From: Phoronis australis
Taxonomy: Eukaryota > Animalia > Phoronida
Direction: 5' to 3'
Length of the DNA: 64,000 nt
Assembly: GCA_002633005.1 (NCBI GenBank)
Contig: NMRA01000321.1
Coordinates: 31,086-95,085, forward strand
The notes under the pieces were generated by a model. The model ran no database searches. It saw only the letters and a list, made by a program, of their open reading frames with translations, and was not told the origin of the DNA. Both the position numbers and the translations under genes were made by a program. How positions within the stretch are numbered: the first letter of the stretch is position 1; every line of letters begins with the position of its first letter. Shown here piece by piece: positions 12,701 through 24,700 of the stretch.

Positions 12701-15700
12701 CAGGTAAACTCCAACAGAGGACGATTCATTGTAAATACGTCATCCAGTTGTTGACCTCTGATGTCACTGAGTACCGCTGTCAGACTGTCGCCCACACTTT
12801 GAATAATTAGCTGGCGGTCAAACAAGATGTGGAACGGAAACATCTTGAAAAACGTACTGCACGGTAACGTTCTTAGGTGGCTTTCGAGGTTTGTTTTCTG
12901 TGTAGCCTTCTTTTTAAAGCCCTTGAAGAGAGAAACGTTAAACGTTTGTTAAAATAATCGTTACAAGCCGCATAGACTTTCCGTCACGAAAACTAAGTTT
13001 TGATTTAGACCATTTACGTTTATGAAATTGGTCCTTAGCTAAAACTTACAGGCGATTTCAGAGCTTTGAAAGCACATATGAAATTGGTCCTTAGCTAAAA
13101 CTTACAGGCGATTTCAGAGCTTTGAAAGCACATATGAAATTGGTCCTTAGCTAAAACTTACAGGCGATTTCAGAGCTTTGAAAGCACTGACAGTTCGCGT
13201 TTGCTTGGGGTCAGGTGCTACAAAGTTGCTTGTCTCAGCGTGTCATTTTATGCATCGAGCATGGTCTCAGCGAATACTGAACTGTAATAAATCACCTCTC
13301 ATCTGAGAAAAAAGCAATAAGTTGAGACCAATGGGGCTATCCCGGATTACACAACGACACTCGAATCTCAGTGTAATTACCCACAATGCCGTAAACATCC
13401 GTCAGGCACATTTGCTGCCTCGTTTTTGTGCCACTGGAGTTTCACATGTATTTGTTGTTGTCTGGTTATTTCCAAGTGGTTCTCGGTTGCATTACTCTAT
13501 TCGTCTTTCCAATGCCAACGAAGTATTATTGCTGTGTTGTGGGAAGCAATTCCGACGTGAAAACGTTTGATAAACTGGGTTAATACCCGTGGATGCGTGA
13601 TCTGAAATTCTTTCCATTCCCAACATCAATGACAAACACGAAAATGTGCCTGATTTCCAAAACTAGGTAACGCGCTTTCTTATATCCGGGACAAGGGAGA
13701 GTTCTATCGCCGTGCAATCCGGGGCGGCCCTTTTGTATGGCAATAAGTGGACTCAATCGAAATTTCGCATTTTTGCCGCTTTCATCGTATTTATCTGGAT
13801 AAAACACGAAAACCAAACTACGCCTTTTCCTCCCATAAAATCGGTTTCATGTCTTTCCGTTTCTATTTCGGTTAACAAATTAAGACATGCGCTACATTGG
13901 ACATGCATCATTTTCGCATAATTAGGCTTAGGCAACTCTTTAGAAATCTGAAGCGTTTTCTTAACTTGTGATGGTTTCAATGCTTCTATTGGTAACAGAT
14001 ACATCGATTTTATGAGAGCCAAAATCGCAAGCGCACAAAATGAGGTTCTCCGCCAATTGGGTGGTCAAAAACAATTCAGAAACTTTTTCTATTTAAAATG
14101 ATAAGAATAGCCGTCGTAGTAAACAAAGAAGGACAGGCACCAATTCGATGATTTTGATTCAGCGCCCCCTTAAAAATTAAATCTTGGTCACACATATGGG
14201 ATGCTGGGTTGTTGAGGAGCAGAACTAACTTTTTGGTTCTTGACTAAAATGCTACAGAACTTTTGAAAACTTAGGACTTCAGGCTTTGTATTTTCAGAAA
14301 ATATAAACTTTCCCACAGTTAAATTATATATTTGTATACATTTGTTTAAATACGCAGATTACACAATAAGACCGGGCCGATACTGCGGCCGTTCTCAATT
14401 GTAAGAGAGTTCATACAGTTGTGGATCGACATAAGCGACACCTATTACATGCGTGTAAGTAAAACTAACGAATTGCTCCAGGACAAACAAATAGAGAATA
14501 TAGAATCAGTTAAACTTGTGCCCTAAAACTATGTGTCAGGTAGTGGCGATGACCGCATTCGAGGACAAACCTTACCAAGTGGTACTGGTGGTGTTTGTGA
14601 GATAGAACATAGTTACCTTGTTATCAAAGAAGAGCCGCATCACTACATGCAACGTGGCCCCGAGGTCTTCCTCTTTAATAACTTCAATTTCAACGTCATC
14701 GTTGTAAAACAATTTTCCAACTTCTTTGATTTGACCAATGACGTATTGTAGAAATCTTTTGCGTTTGGATCTATAGTGTAAGACAAGGCCGTCCACAGTC
14801 TCATCCTCGATAGCGAAAGAGGGAGGCTTCAGGGAAGGGTAGCTGAATTTCATGTACTCATGAAGATTATCGAGACCGCTGCAAGGAAATAATTCTGATT
14901 AATTTTAATAAAAATCTCCATGATAGCAAGTAGCGGCACATGATGATAAAAACGACGATGAATTTAAATGGCCTTGGCATGTGTCGGCGTTTATCAAAAC
15001 ACCATCCTCAGACTGAAGCAAAAACAGTGGCCACATTGCTAGGCCCAACAAGTAATGATACATAGGCACAGTCATTTGCAGGGGAATTACCAAAAGACTA
15101 CACTAGCAATGACAATCTCTGGTGTGCCAGTTGCCTATTGAGACTGGGCTTGCACCAACTGATATGTAGAGCCTCACAAGTTTTCAGCTCCCTTGTTGTT
15201 TTTGCAAAGTCATTGAAAGAGCATTGCTCATAACAATGATCGGAATTCTGCAGATGAATACTATGTGAATTTCTGTCAGAATTTAGATGTCCCGTGTTCT
15301 GGGTTTTCAAATAGCGAAAAGTTTTGCCAATATAACTGGAGCCACATCCGGCACAGAAAAATCTGTACATTAACCTGGACCGTAGACCCACAGGAATTTT
15401 GTTCTCGGGGTTAAATATGGGTTAAGATGGCCACTGTTTTGGCTTCTGAGGATGGTGTTTTAATGAACGCCGAACATGTCAAACCTGATTTAAGTCCATC
15501 GTTATTTTTTAACAAATGGTTAACATTCCGTGAGATTGAGTGAGAAAAGCACAGTTTATTTTTACATTATATAAAACAATAGAATTGCAGAATTGGATGA
15601 CAAAAGCGCAGGCCGCTAATAGCTCTCTACGAACACAATAAGAAATACATGTGTATGTAAGTAATAAATAAGACGATGTTGGCAAATTGGAAGCAATACA

Positions 15701-18700
15701 ATATAGTACAATAAAATGCAATGCATTACAATACAGTACAGAAACTGTATGTACAAAGAATGTACTTTCTTCCATAAAAACAGAACCTAAACACCTCGCT
15801 ATGAATTCCCATTGCTTAACATTACGGAACGGAGGTTCAATCATTTGACGGCCATTTGGTTGGGAAGGTCACGAGCATACTTGCTAAACACTAGCGAGGT
15901 TATCCGCTTCACCGAAATAATGATAGGCATAGTATATTTACAGAAAGCACCCTACTGGGTAACAAAAGTAATGTCCACATCACGAGTTACCCTAGAAAAC
16001 TTGCTAGAGCAAGATGCTCCCATTCAGCCGATTGAGGGTCCACATTACACACCCTACACCGCGCTACATGGAGCAAAAATTATTGGGCAATCATGTGCGT
16101 GTGTCTGTGACTGTGTGCGTGCGTGTACGCATGCGTGCCTGCTTGCGTGGGTGCGTGTGCGTGTGACTGAGTCAACGCACAGTTGGTACTTACTTTCCCG
16201 TTGTCTTCAGGTTTACCTTCACACTGCGACTTGTACTGGGGCAAGATATCCAGGAATAAGTTACCTTACCTCGATAAAGTGGGGGTAATGTGTCATCCGT
16301 GTGTCAAGTTATCCCAGCGACAAATAGAGTCCCCATTATTACTTAACTAGCCTATGGACTGCTCGTTCCACTAGTCACTTTGCTGTAAGTTAACAAAACT
16401 GGTAGTGTGGATGGCACTAAAGAGAGCACAGTAGACGTTAAAGCCCCAATTCGGATTAAAGTGAATTTTAGGCTGCGATCGCAGCCAAACGTTCTACTGG
16501 CGACAATGGTGAGAATTGAGAAGTGGTAAAAGCACAAAAACGCAACTTATTTTTTGTTTTATTGCTCTGTATAAGTCTAATAACTTCAAGAAGTCCAACA
16601 ATAATTCAAAAAATATATTTCGGCTCTAAAACGGGTAATGCCACTCTCTCGTTTCGAGTGTAATCGAAGCCGCTGCTTCACAAACTGCTCGAAAATCTAC
16701 CTTTTTAAGAGTCGTGGGACTTTCAACCTACCAGAAATGCTCCCGCTGGTACGATGATCTAGTGCGTGTATTAATTATAACTTGACTGGCGTATTTTGGG
16801 TGCCGTTCATCTTGTAGCGTGTTCAAAATTAAAGGGAGGCCTGCAAGAAGATTATTTTATGTCTCTTGCTTCAAAATACTGAGTGGGACGCAGGGAATTC
16901 TGGACGGTGCAGGTCAGCAGCCGTGCTCATGAGCGGTGATGAGGAACTTTTGTCTCATTCTCTTGATTTCAGATAACGGAAACTTTTAGCCGCGCAAAGT
17001 AGACCAGCCGACTATTTTCGTAGAATCTCACCTCAGAAAATCTCTCATGTCGCGACCAAGGACGTTCAGTATTCGATCATAACCGTATTTACCCAACGCC
17101 TGCACGAACGACTTCCCAAAGTCTGACATCAGGTCGTCAGTTGAAGCGCCACATACCTGTAATACACAACAACGATTAGCGGTTACAGGTCATAGTGTAC
17201 CGCTGTGCAGAATTCTGCGGCTTGCGTGATACTTATGAGTGAAACCTTGTGCTATCACGCTGTTCGCTTCAGTAACGTATGGCTAAATCTCGCGAAGGTT
17301 TGCTTGATTTCGATCACAAAGACCTGAAAGAAACATAACTTAAACACTCCCGACCTCAGTTTACCTATGAATCTACAATTTCGGGCTACTGAATCCGGCA
17401 CACTGCAGGCGGTTTGGCACACGTCACACGTTGTATCAGACGTGCACAAGCTGCTCAGCCGGGCACATTGCACGAAACACACGGAAGCACACACACATAC
17501 GCACGCACGCACGCACACACACCTATATGCATAAATGAAAACCTAACTGAAGAGCTCGAGACATGACTCAGAGGTCTAGCAGTGGGGTGCAATGGGATTT
17601 GAACCCACTACAAAAAACTAGGCCACACTGCGCTTTGTAAGCGTAATAATATGGTTAGCCAATGAAATAGTTCCGTTCTCACGTGGTTGTATGTAAGCAA
17701 CATACTGCCTCCTCTCAAGGCTAAACCCCGTCCTTAGGTTACTTTACACTATTTCGGAAGTTTACTTCCTTTTTAGTTTGATAAATAGGTTCTTACTAAG
17801 TCAGACCTGACCAAAATACAAGTCTACTCGTTTTGTATGTCCCCTGAACTTCACAAACTGTGGCTGGCCAATAGAGCCAGGTGTACAACATTGTTTACAA
17901 ATCAATGTTTTTCAATTTATTTCAGTACTTAGGCTTCCCGAGGTATTTGTAACTATCCTCAACACTGATTTGTTCTCTATTAATGAAACATTTTTTCATA
18001 TTTACGCAAGTATCCTCCTTTTCTGAATACCACGGTTATGGTTTTTGACATGTTAATATCTAGTTTCCGCTTTTTACGATACACTTCAATTTTCTTAATC
18101 AGCCGTAGAGAATACAACCCTATCATCTTCAACTAGCAACCAGTATAGCTTCAACATACTCAATGACACATCACCATCATTATTGTTCTTCAATGGGGCT
18201 ATTCGGAGAATTCTCCTCGCAGTGTCGCTGCTGTACTAGTGGTGATTGAATTGCGCATGCGTCGCTGTCTGCATGTAAACAGATGGTAAAAAGACGGAAT
18301 TGCTGTCAAAATACGTCGTCGCGCTAAGCCTTATTATTGTTATTTTCCCTCGTGCAAGTCTTCGACAAGTGGTCACAAATTCCCAAAAGACCTAAGGGTA
18401 CTACATTCGTGGAGAATAGCGATCGAAAGGGTCAACCAACTGACAGAAAATGTGTGGATAAGGAAGCCCCGTCAGTGTGTGCTCCATGCATCTCCATTGG
18501 GAGACTACATATAACATTACTTGGTAAGTTTTAACAACCAGTTTCTATCGACATCATTCGGTGATGTTATCCCCACCAGTTACCTCACTGAATAACGGGT
18601 GGTTTATTGAGTAGAACTAAAAGTTTCTTTTCGGAAACTCACCCGGGACTCGGATGCCGGGTGGGATAGCCGCACATATTCACATATTCAATTGCCCTGG

Positions 18701-21700
18701 GTGGGAGTGCGCCCAACATAAGAGGTGTATGGTAGGTGACGCTCAAAAGTAAAGGGTGACTTTTTCACAGCAGCTTGTCTTAAAAAACTATGCTATGTCC
18801 AATAAAATTCTGTAGATTATAGCCTACCCCACCCCCAGGGCTACCAGATTTACGTACCCAATTAACAAGAATGAACATGAATAAGCTATTCAGTAAATAT
18901 CGTAACATTACATTGGAATAAAAATTGACACCTAGAATGAGTTTTACTTTTCGAGATCAGAAGCACATTTTAGGTGTCATGAAAAATACACATTGTTAAA
19001 TAACTTTTAGCCTGTTTCACATATTTTAATTCAGATCTTAAATAAGACTTGGGTACAAAGAATATTAGTTTCTACATAAAAACATGAAGATGAAACATCA
19101 AGTATATTCTGCCTTACCAAAGTAGGTTTGTCTTGCATTTTCTTTTATAATTTGCTAATATTTCTATGACTATTTTGTTACAGGTAAGAGAAAACGACTG
19201 AAACCAGCCGCCTGACCATCTGTTTTACCGTTTGACCAAGTGAAAAGCAATCCTTCAGAATTAACTTGACAGAATTGAACCTAATTCAAAAATTCTGCTA
19301 TTGATATGCCTGATTATGGACAATGTTGTTTCTTTGTTTGTATTTGGTTGTTCAGTTTTCCATTTTGTTTTTAAATACACCGATAATTTTTATTCTCGAA
19401 TCTTGTGCATAGCAGATTCTCATCCAGCTAGCTACAAATGAAAACATACTTTTCTTGCATGTGGAACTTTTGTTCATAGGCAAGTTAACACAAAACTTAC
19501 AATTGGTCAAAGGCCTTCTTAAGAAAGCTCTAAATATAATTACACACACACACACAAACAAATAAAATGAAGGGAATACTTCCTTTTGATTCCTGCACAT
19601 TTCTATAGGTCAACAGGAAAATATTTCGTAAACATATTCGGTAATCATTTCAGCTTCATAAAGAATAAGCACAACTGCACTATGGGGCTTTAAAACTGAA
19701 GAAATATTGTGGTTTCAATAATTAGTGACAAACTTGCCTGTTGATGAAAAAATTATTCCATCGTCAAAGTGTAACATTAACAGGCTTTCTACTGACAATA
19801 AGACAATCGATGCAATCACTGAATGTCATTTCCCCATAATGTGTGCCAAATTGAAAAGTTTTTACCATTTGTAAAAAGCCTTTCTTCTGAAAGGAAAAGT
19901 TAATGCCACTCAGTGAGAAAGAATAGGTATTTATCCCAGATGCTTGTGGTTTTCATTTCACTGGGATCTAGTTTCAATGGCCTATAGAAGCGCTTGTAAA
20001 AAAGGCCCAGTTTCGGCACGTGGTTTTCGTTCGTGTAACCCCATTCAGCCTCAATAACATCCACAATTAGATCCTTGAAGGTACACAGAGCAACATATCA
20101 CTTGACTTGTTTTGTGCCCAAAATCTGACCCTGAACTAGACCAGAGTGTCACTAGGTCTTTTTTAGCTTCAGTTCCTCACGTTTCTTCCAGGAAAGGAAA
20201 TAAGCTATTGTCCACACATGACTCATTGCCTATGAAAGGGCATCCTCACCAATGAGACTGACTTGTGTAGCTGTCGGATATAGTTTCTCTTCATACACAA
20301 ACAATCCACTGGCACATTATTTTATGGTAACTTAGTACTGCGATTCACATTTCTCCAGGGCCAATGACTTGTACATTGTGCCATGCAGCACTGCTGGTGT
20401 GTGGAAATGCTGAGGGAAGAGAAAGGATTAACAAAGCTTGTCTGTGTTGCGGCTTGAAGTGGTCTTAAAATGTCAATGAACCTGGAAAAAATATTGAAAT
20501 ATGAATAATCAAGTACTCCAGGTTGGGTCAAAAATGCTACACCTGTTTTCCAAAAATATGATATGGTGACTGCTCTACGATTTCACAAAAAATAAATAAT
20601 TACTGTTTTCGAAAAAGCAAGGGTGTACATAATAAGTATTGTATAAAACTGCGTCTTTATCTTTCATACGTAGACATAAGAATTCTTTAAACGCATGCCA
20701 TGTCTTCAAAATAGGCAAGTTTTTTGAGACAACTTCAAACCTTTGTTACCCATTTTCAATGTTTATATTTTTGATACTTTCAGCAATTTTAAACTCCGAT
20801 TACAGATTCATCGGTCTGTCAAGCATATTTCTAGTCTAAGGCTGAGGGAACGGTTTCTCAGACTTTTTATTTTTCTCCTAATAGAAGATATGAATAGTTG
20901 GGTCATTTAAAAAATGATGGATAATCTTTCTGTTGTTTAAGAGTAATTACAAATCGTAAGGCACCATCAAAAATGCAATTTTCACAAAAAATGGAAGTCA
21001 TTTGAATTTATAAATGACTTGCACCATTTCGAGGCATGAGTTAAGACTCAGTCACTGAAAATTCAGAAAATGTAATATATTTTTATGAGTTTACAATTGA
21101 TAGCAAAACTGTTTCATGAAATAAACTCGAAGGAGCTTCACGAAGGTTAAGCATTACCTCGCCATGCTCTTTCCCTCAAACGTGTATTACCTGTTATTTC
21201 CACAGAGTCAGTTGCACCAAATTTTACAACCTTAACCCCCTATGCCAATCCCCCCTGAGGACCAGAATAAGTAAATTAACAAAATGACTTACATACCTTT
21301 CTTTAAAAAATAGCTGTTCCTTTTCAAAGGCTTTGTTCGTTGTCTCCAATATAGAAAGTAGGCTTTGACAACAAATCTGCACTGGACGGGAGATCTTGCT
21401 GGTTAACTACACTCAAATGCTTAAAACCAATTTTTGTCCATTCAGGATGGCGCAGAAGCGATGCATATCTCCTCTTTACGGTACAACTTGAGATCTCAAA
21501 CCTAAAAATCAAAGGTCACGTGAAAACAGACATGATATATTTCCATTTTAACTTGTAATAGATTTCCGGAAGACATAGGATAGGGAGTAAACTAATTATA
21601 ATAGTCTATGGATATTTGTCACTTACCCTTCGCCACTTAACTCACTAACCAGAGTTGACAGCATAAACATTCAGCATTGATTGATGTAACTGTCACTGAT

Positions 21701-24700
21701 AAACCTGTTGTTAGAAATCATTCCAAACAATAATACTGTTTTGATGCACGAAAAGATCCCGAGTGCTACGTCAAGTATCGTAACACAAATCACAACAAAC
21801 AAAGATTAACCTGACTGGCGACTGCCGCGAAGTCGACATCGGCGAGTGCCTCAGTAAACAGGCATCAGTAGAATAAACATAGAATAATCGTTAAAATAAC
21901 CACAAACCTTACCTTTGTATTAGGGTGTGCTTACTTCCTCTCATAGAAGCTTCCTTTTCACGCAATCTCTGATTTAGTTGACACAGCTGCAAGCCATTTC
22001 ACCATGTATTTCAAGGACTCGCGAAATCGAGGCTCTTCATCTATCACCACTAGTACACGCGCGCCCTCTGGTTAATGTGAATTTTCCGAATAGCCCCATT
22101 CGCGTTCAACATCATTTAAAATATCGAGAATAAAAAGGTGAAAGCTGACAGCCTTGTCTTACTCTCCACAAACAATCAAAATAGTCCGTGATTTCACCAT
22201 TTTGGTCTACCTGGACACACGACTTCACGTTGTGTACGATAATACATTTCAATTCACACAATATTTTATACAAGTGCATGTTTAGCTGCTAAATAAACGG
22301 GAAATGAATTCGGCCACTTAAGCTCATAAAATCGGTCTCTGTTTCAATTTAGTACTGAAAAGAACAATGAAAATATCGTTGGCTCCCGCAAACAACTTCA
22401 AATGTCAATGGGGTTCGCCAATTTACAAAACGTCACTCACAGCAACGTTTGGAACTGTTCATTGGGTGAAAGGGTGTTACCCTTGTTAGCTATCAGAACA
22501 AAAATTGATAACTTTGTACTATCTAAAAGTGTTCTTTTGAATTCGAAACTCTGGCTTAATTTTTTCGAATTTCTGGAAGTGTATACAGTACATGCTTCGA
22601 AAGTTTTTTCGAATTGAGAGCTCCCTGGTAAAACGTCCCTGTAAAATGTCACCTGCGTAGAATTCAGTAACGCTAGGACCTCAGTAAAAAAGCAAGACTT
22701 CGCGAGATTACGCAAGATATTACCGTGTATTTTGAGTGAGAACACGTGATTTTGGTTAGACCTATCAACCCACGAGACAGCAATTGATCTCTACCTTGCA
22801 TTTTTTATGAAGTGGCTGCACTGAAACACCGTGTGACAAGCTCAATGTATATCACTAACAAGCAGTTACACATACGTGACTTGTTGTCAAAAGTAATAAA
22901 GAAAAGAATACAATTAACTCCCCAAGTGTGCAAAGGTTTTAACAGTCAGATTAGTCCCTGAATTGTCCAAGTGTTGGCAGATCTAAACTAAATAAACGGG
23001 ATAACCATTCAGGTCATTGAATAATGTATAAGACGCCAAGGCTGTTACGGTATTGCAGAATCCCAAATGAACTTAAAAACGCTATTTCTGACAGAATAGT
23101 GTTAGTATTCCAGTTTTGAATACCGCCAAGTAGCGACACTTCGTGGAAACGTTCAGCTATCAACAATTTAACTTTGTGATTGATATCCATGGAGTTATAA
23201 ATTCTTGCCGTCATCACGCCGTCCTATTACCTCTACATTGGTGCAGTGTGATATTTAAAGTCGAACTTCTCGTGATATTTTCTCAAACTTGAGACATTGT
23301 ATTTTTGTAAACTCTTGTGGTTCAACAGAATTAAATATTAGGTCAAGAGAACGTCGCTCTTTATCCCACAATGCTAAAGAATAGTATTCGAATGTTCCTT
23401 AAGGTTATCTAGAACCTTATTTAGTGGCCTCCATTCTAACTCGTATATCAAAAAAACTAAGCTTTGTCAACTAGTAAAGGTATACATTTTCTGAAAGAAC
23501 AAAGAGCAGGAAATATCAATATACTTTTTGTATTCATGTGCCATTATTATTTTTACGTAAAGACCTTTTTAAGTCAAAATTTCATTTTAAGAAAGGTATA
23601 TTCATAGCAAAATAACCCCTCAGTCGATTTTGATGAAACCTTTTTAAATGAAAACTTCACCAGTTACCTCAAGAACGCTGATAGGAATTTTCGATTAGTC
23701 TGTTCGTTTGGTTTCTATGGCAAATCAACTCGCAAAATGTAAGTTTTTTTTGTAAAAAATTGAAGTCGTATTCGTCTTTGTTACATTACTCAAAAACTAG
23801 GCCTTTATATCAAAAATCCTAACAGCGTTTTTGAGATTGATGACTAAATATTAAGCTTGGAAAGTTTCAGCAAAATCCATATAGCTGTTTTTGAGAACTA
23901 GTGTTGCTAAGTTCAAATAAAGTCGATTTGCCGAAGCCGAGAAAAAGTCGATTAAACTGGGACAATTGAAAATCTCAAAGTCTTCGGTTAATTATTCGGT
24001 GAAAACTTGTTTTCGGTACACATAACCTATACAGACCTTAACTATGTTAGCTATTTCAACGTTCACTCGTAATGTCAACTTATTTTGCAGCGCGTATCTA
24101 ACTTAATTATCATTAAAACCTCAAATAGACGTATTGTTCTCAGCCAACTTTTACTGTTGTTTAAGCCTTGGTCACAACCCGCCGTACGTGCAAGTGCGTG
24201 CTGTCTACGTGTAAAAACGTGGGGGAAATTTGGCGATCCGTACGTGGCAAGTACGGCCTCCGTGCGTTTTGGTGAATACGCAGGAGAACGCAGACACGAC
24301 GTAGCACTTTTAGTGCATGCAGAACTTTCTCTGCGTGCAAGCTGCGTTCGCATTACAGATTCACGGCAGTACGTGTGACGTACGTCCTCCCTGCGCTTGC
24401 CACTCCCTACTCACGTTTTCAGAAAAACGTGGTGCCCGTGGCGTCCGCAGAAAACGTACGAACAATAAACACGCACGGCGGGTTGTGACCATAGCTTTAC
24501 GCCCTACTTTCTAAGTAGGTCACAGTTCATAGCCTGCACACGTCACGTGCTGGGAGACTGATACGAAACCAAGTAAGAAATGGGATTACAAAAATCGAAT
24601 CGGTGGTTAAAGTATGTCGTATAGCATGAGGTCGAAACATCGAAATGTCAACTTATTAATTGAATTAAGGAATTAGGGTGAGGATTTATTTCTTTTCACA

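Larger units (their letters stand above)
18195..22097. mobile_element. Decayed ISL2EU-type (PIF/Harbinger-related) DNA transposon
   Basis: AT duplication (18193-18194 and 22098-22099); TIR GGGGCTATTCGGA(G/A)AATTC; inverted subterminal TGTACTAGTGGTGAT/ATCACCACTAGTACA; convergent THAP (+) and SAP/YqaJ (-) remnants, which is the known ISL2EU layout. Confidence 0.82.
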
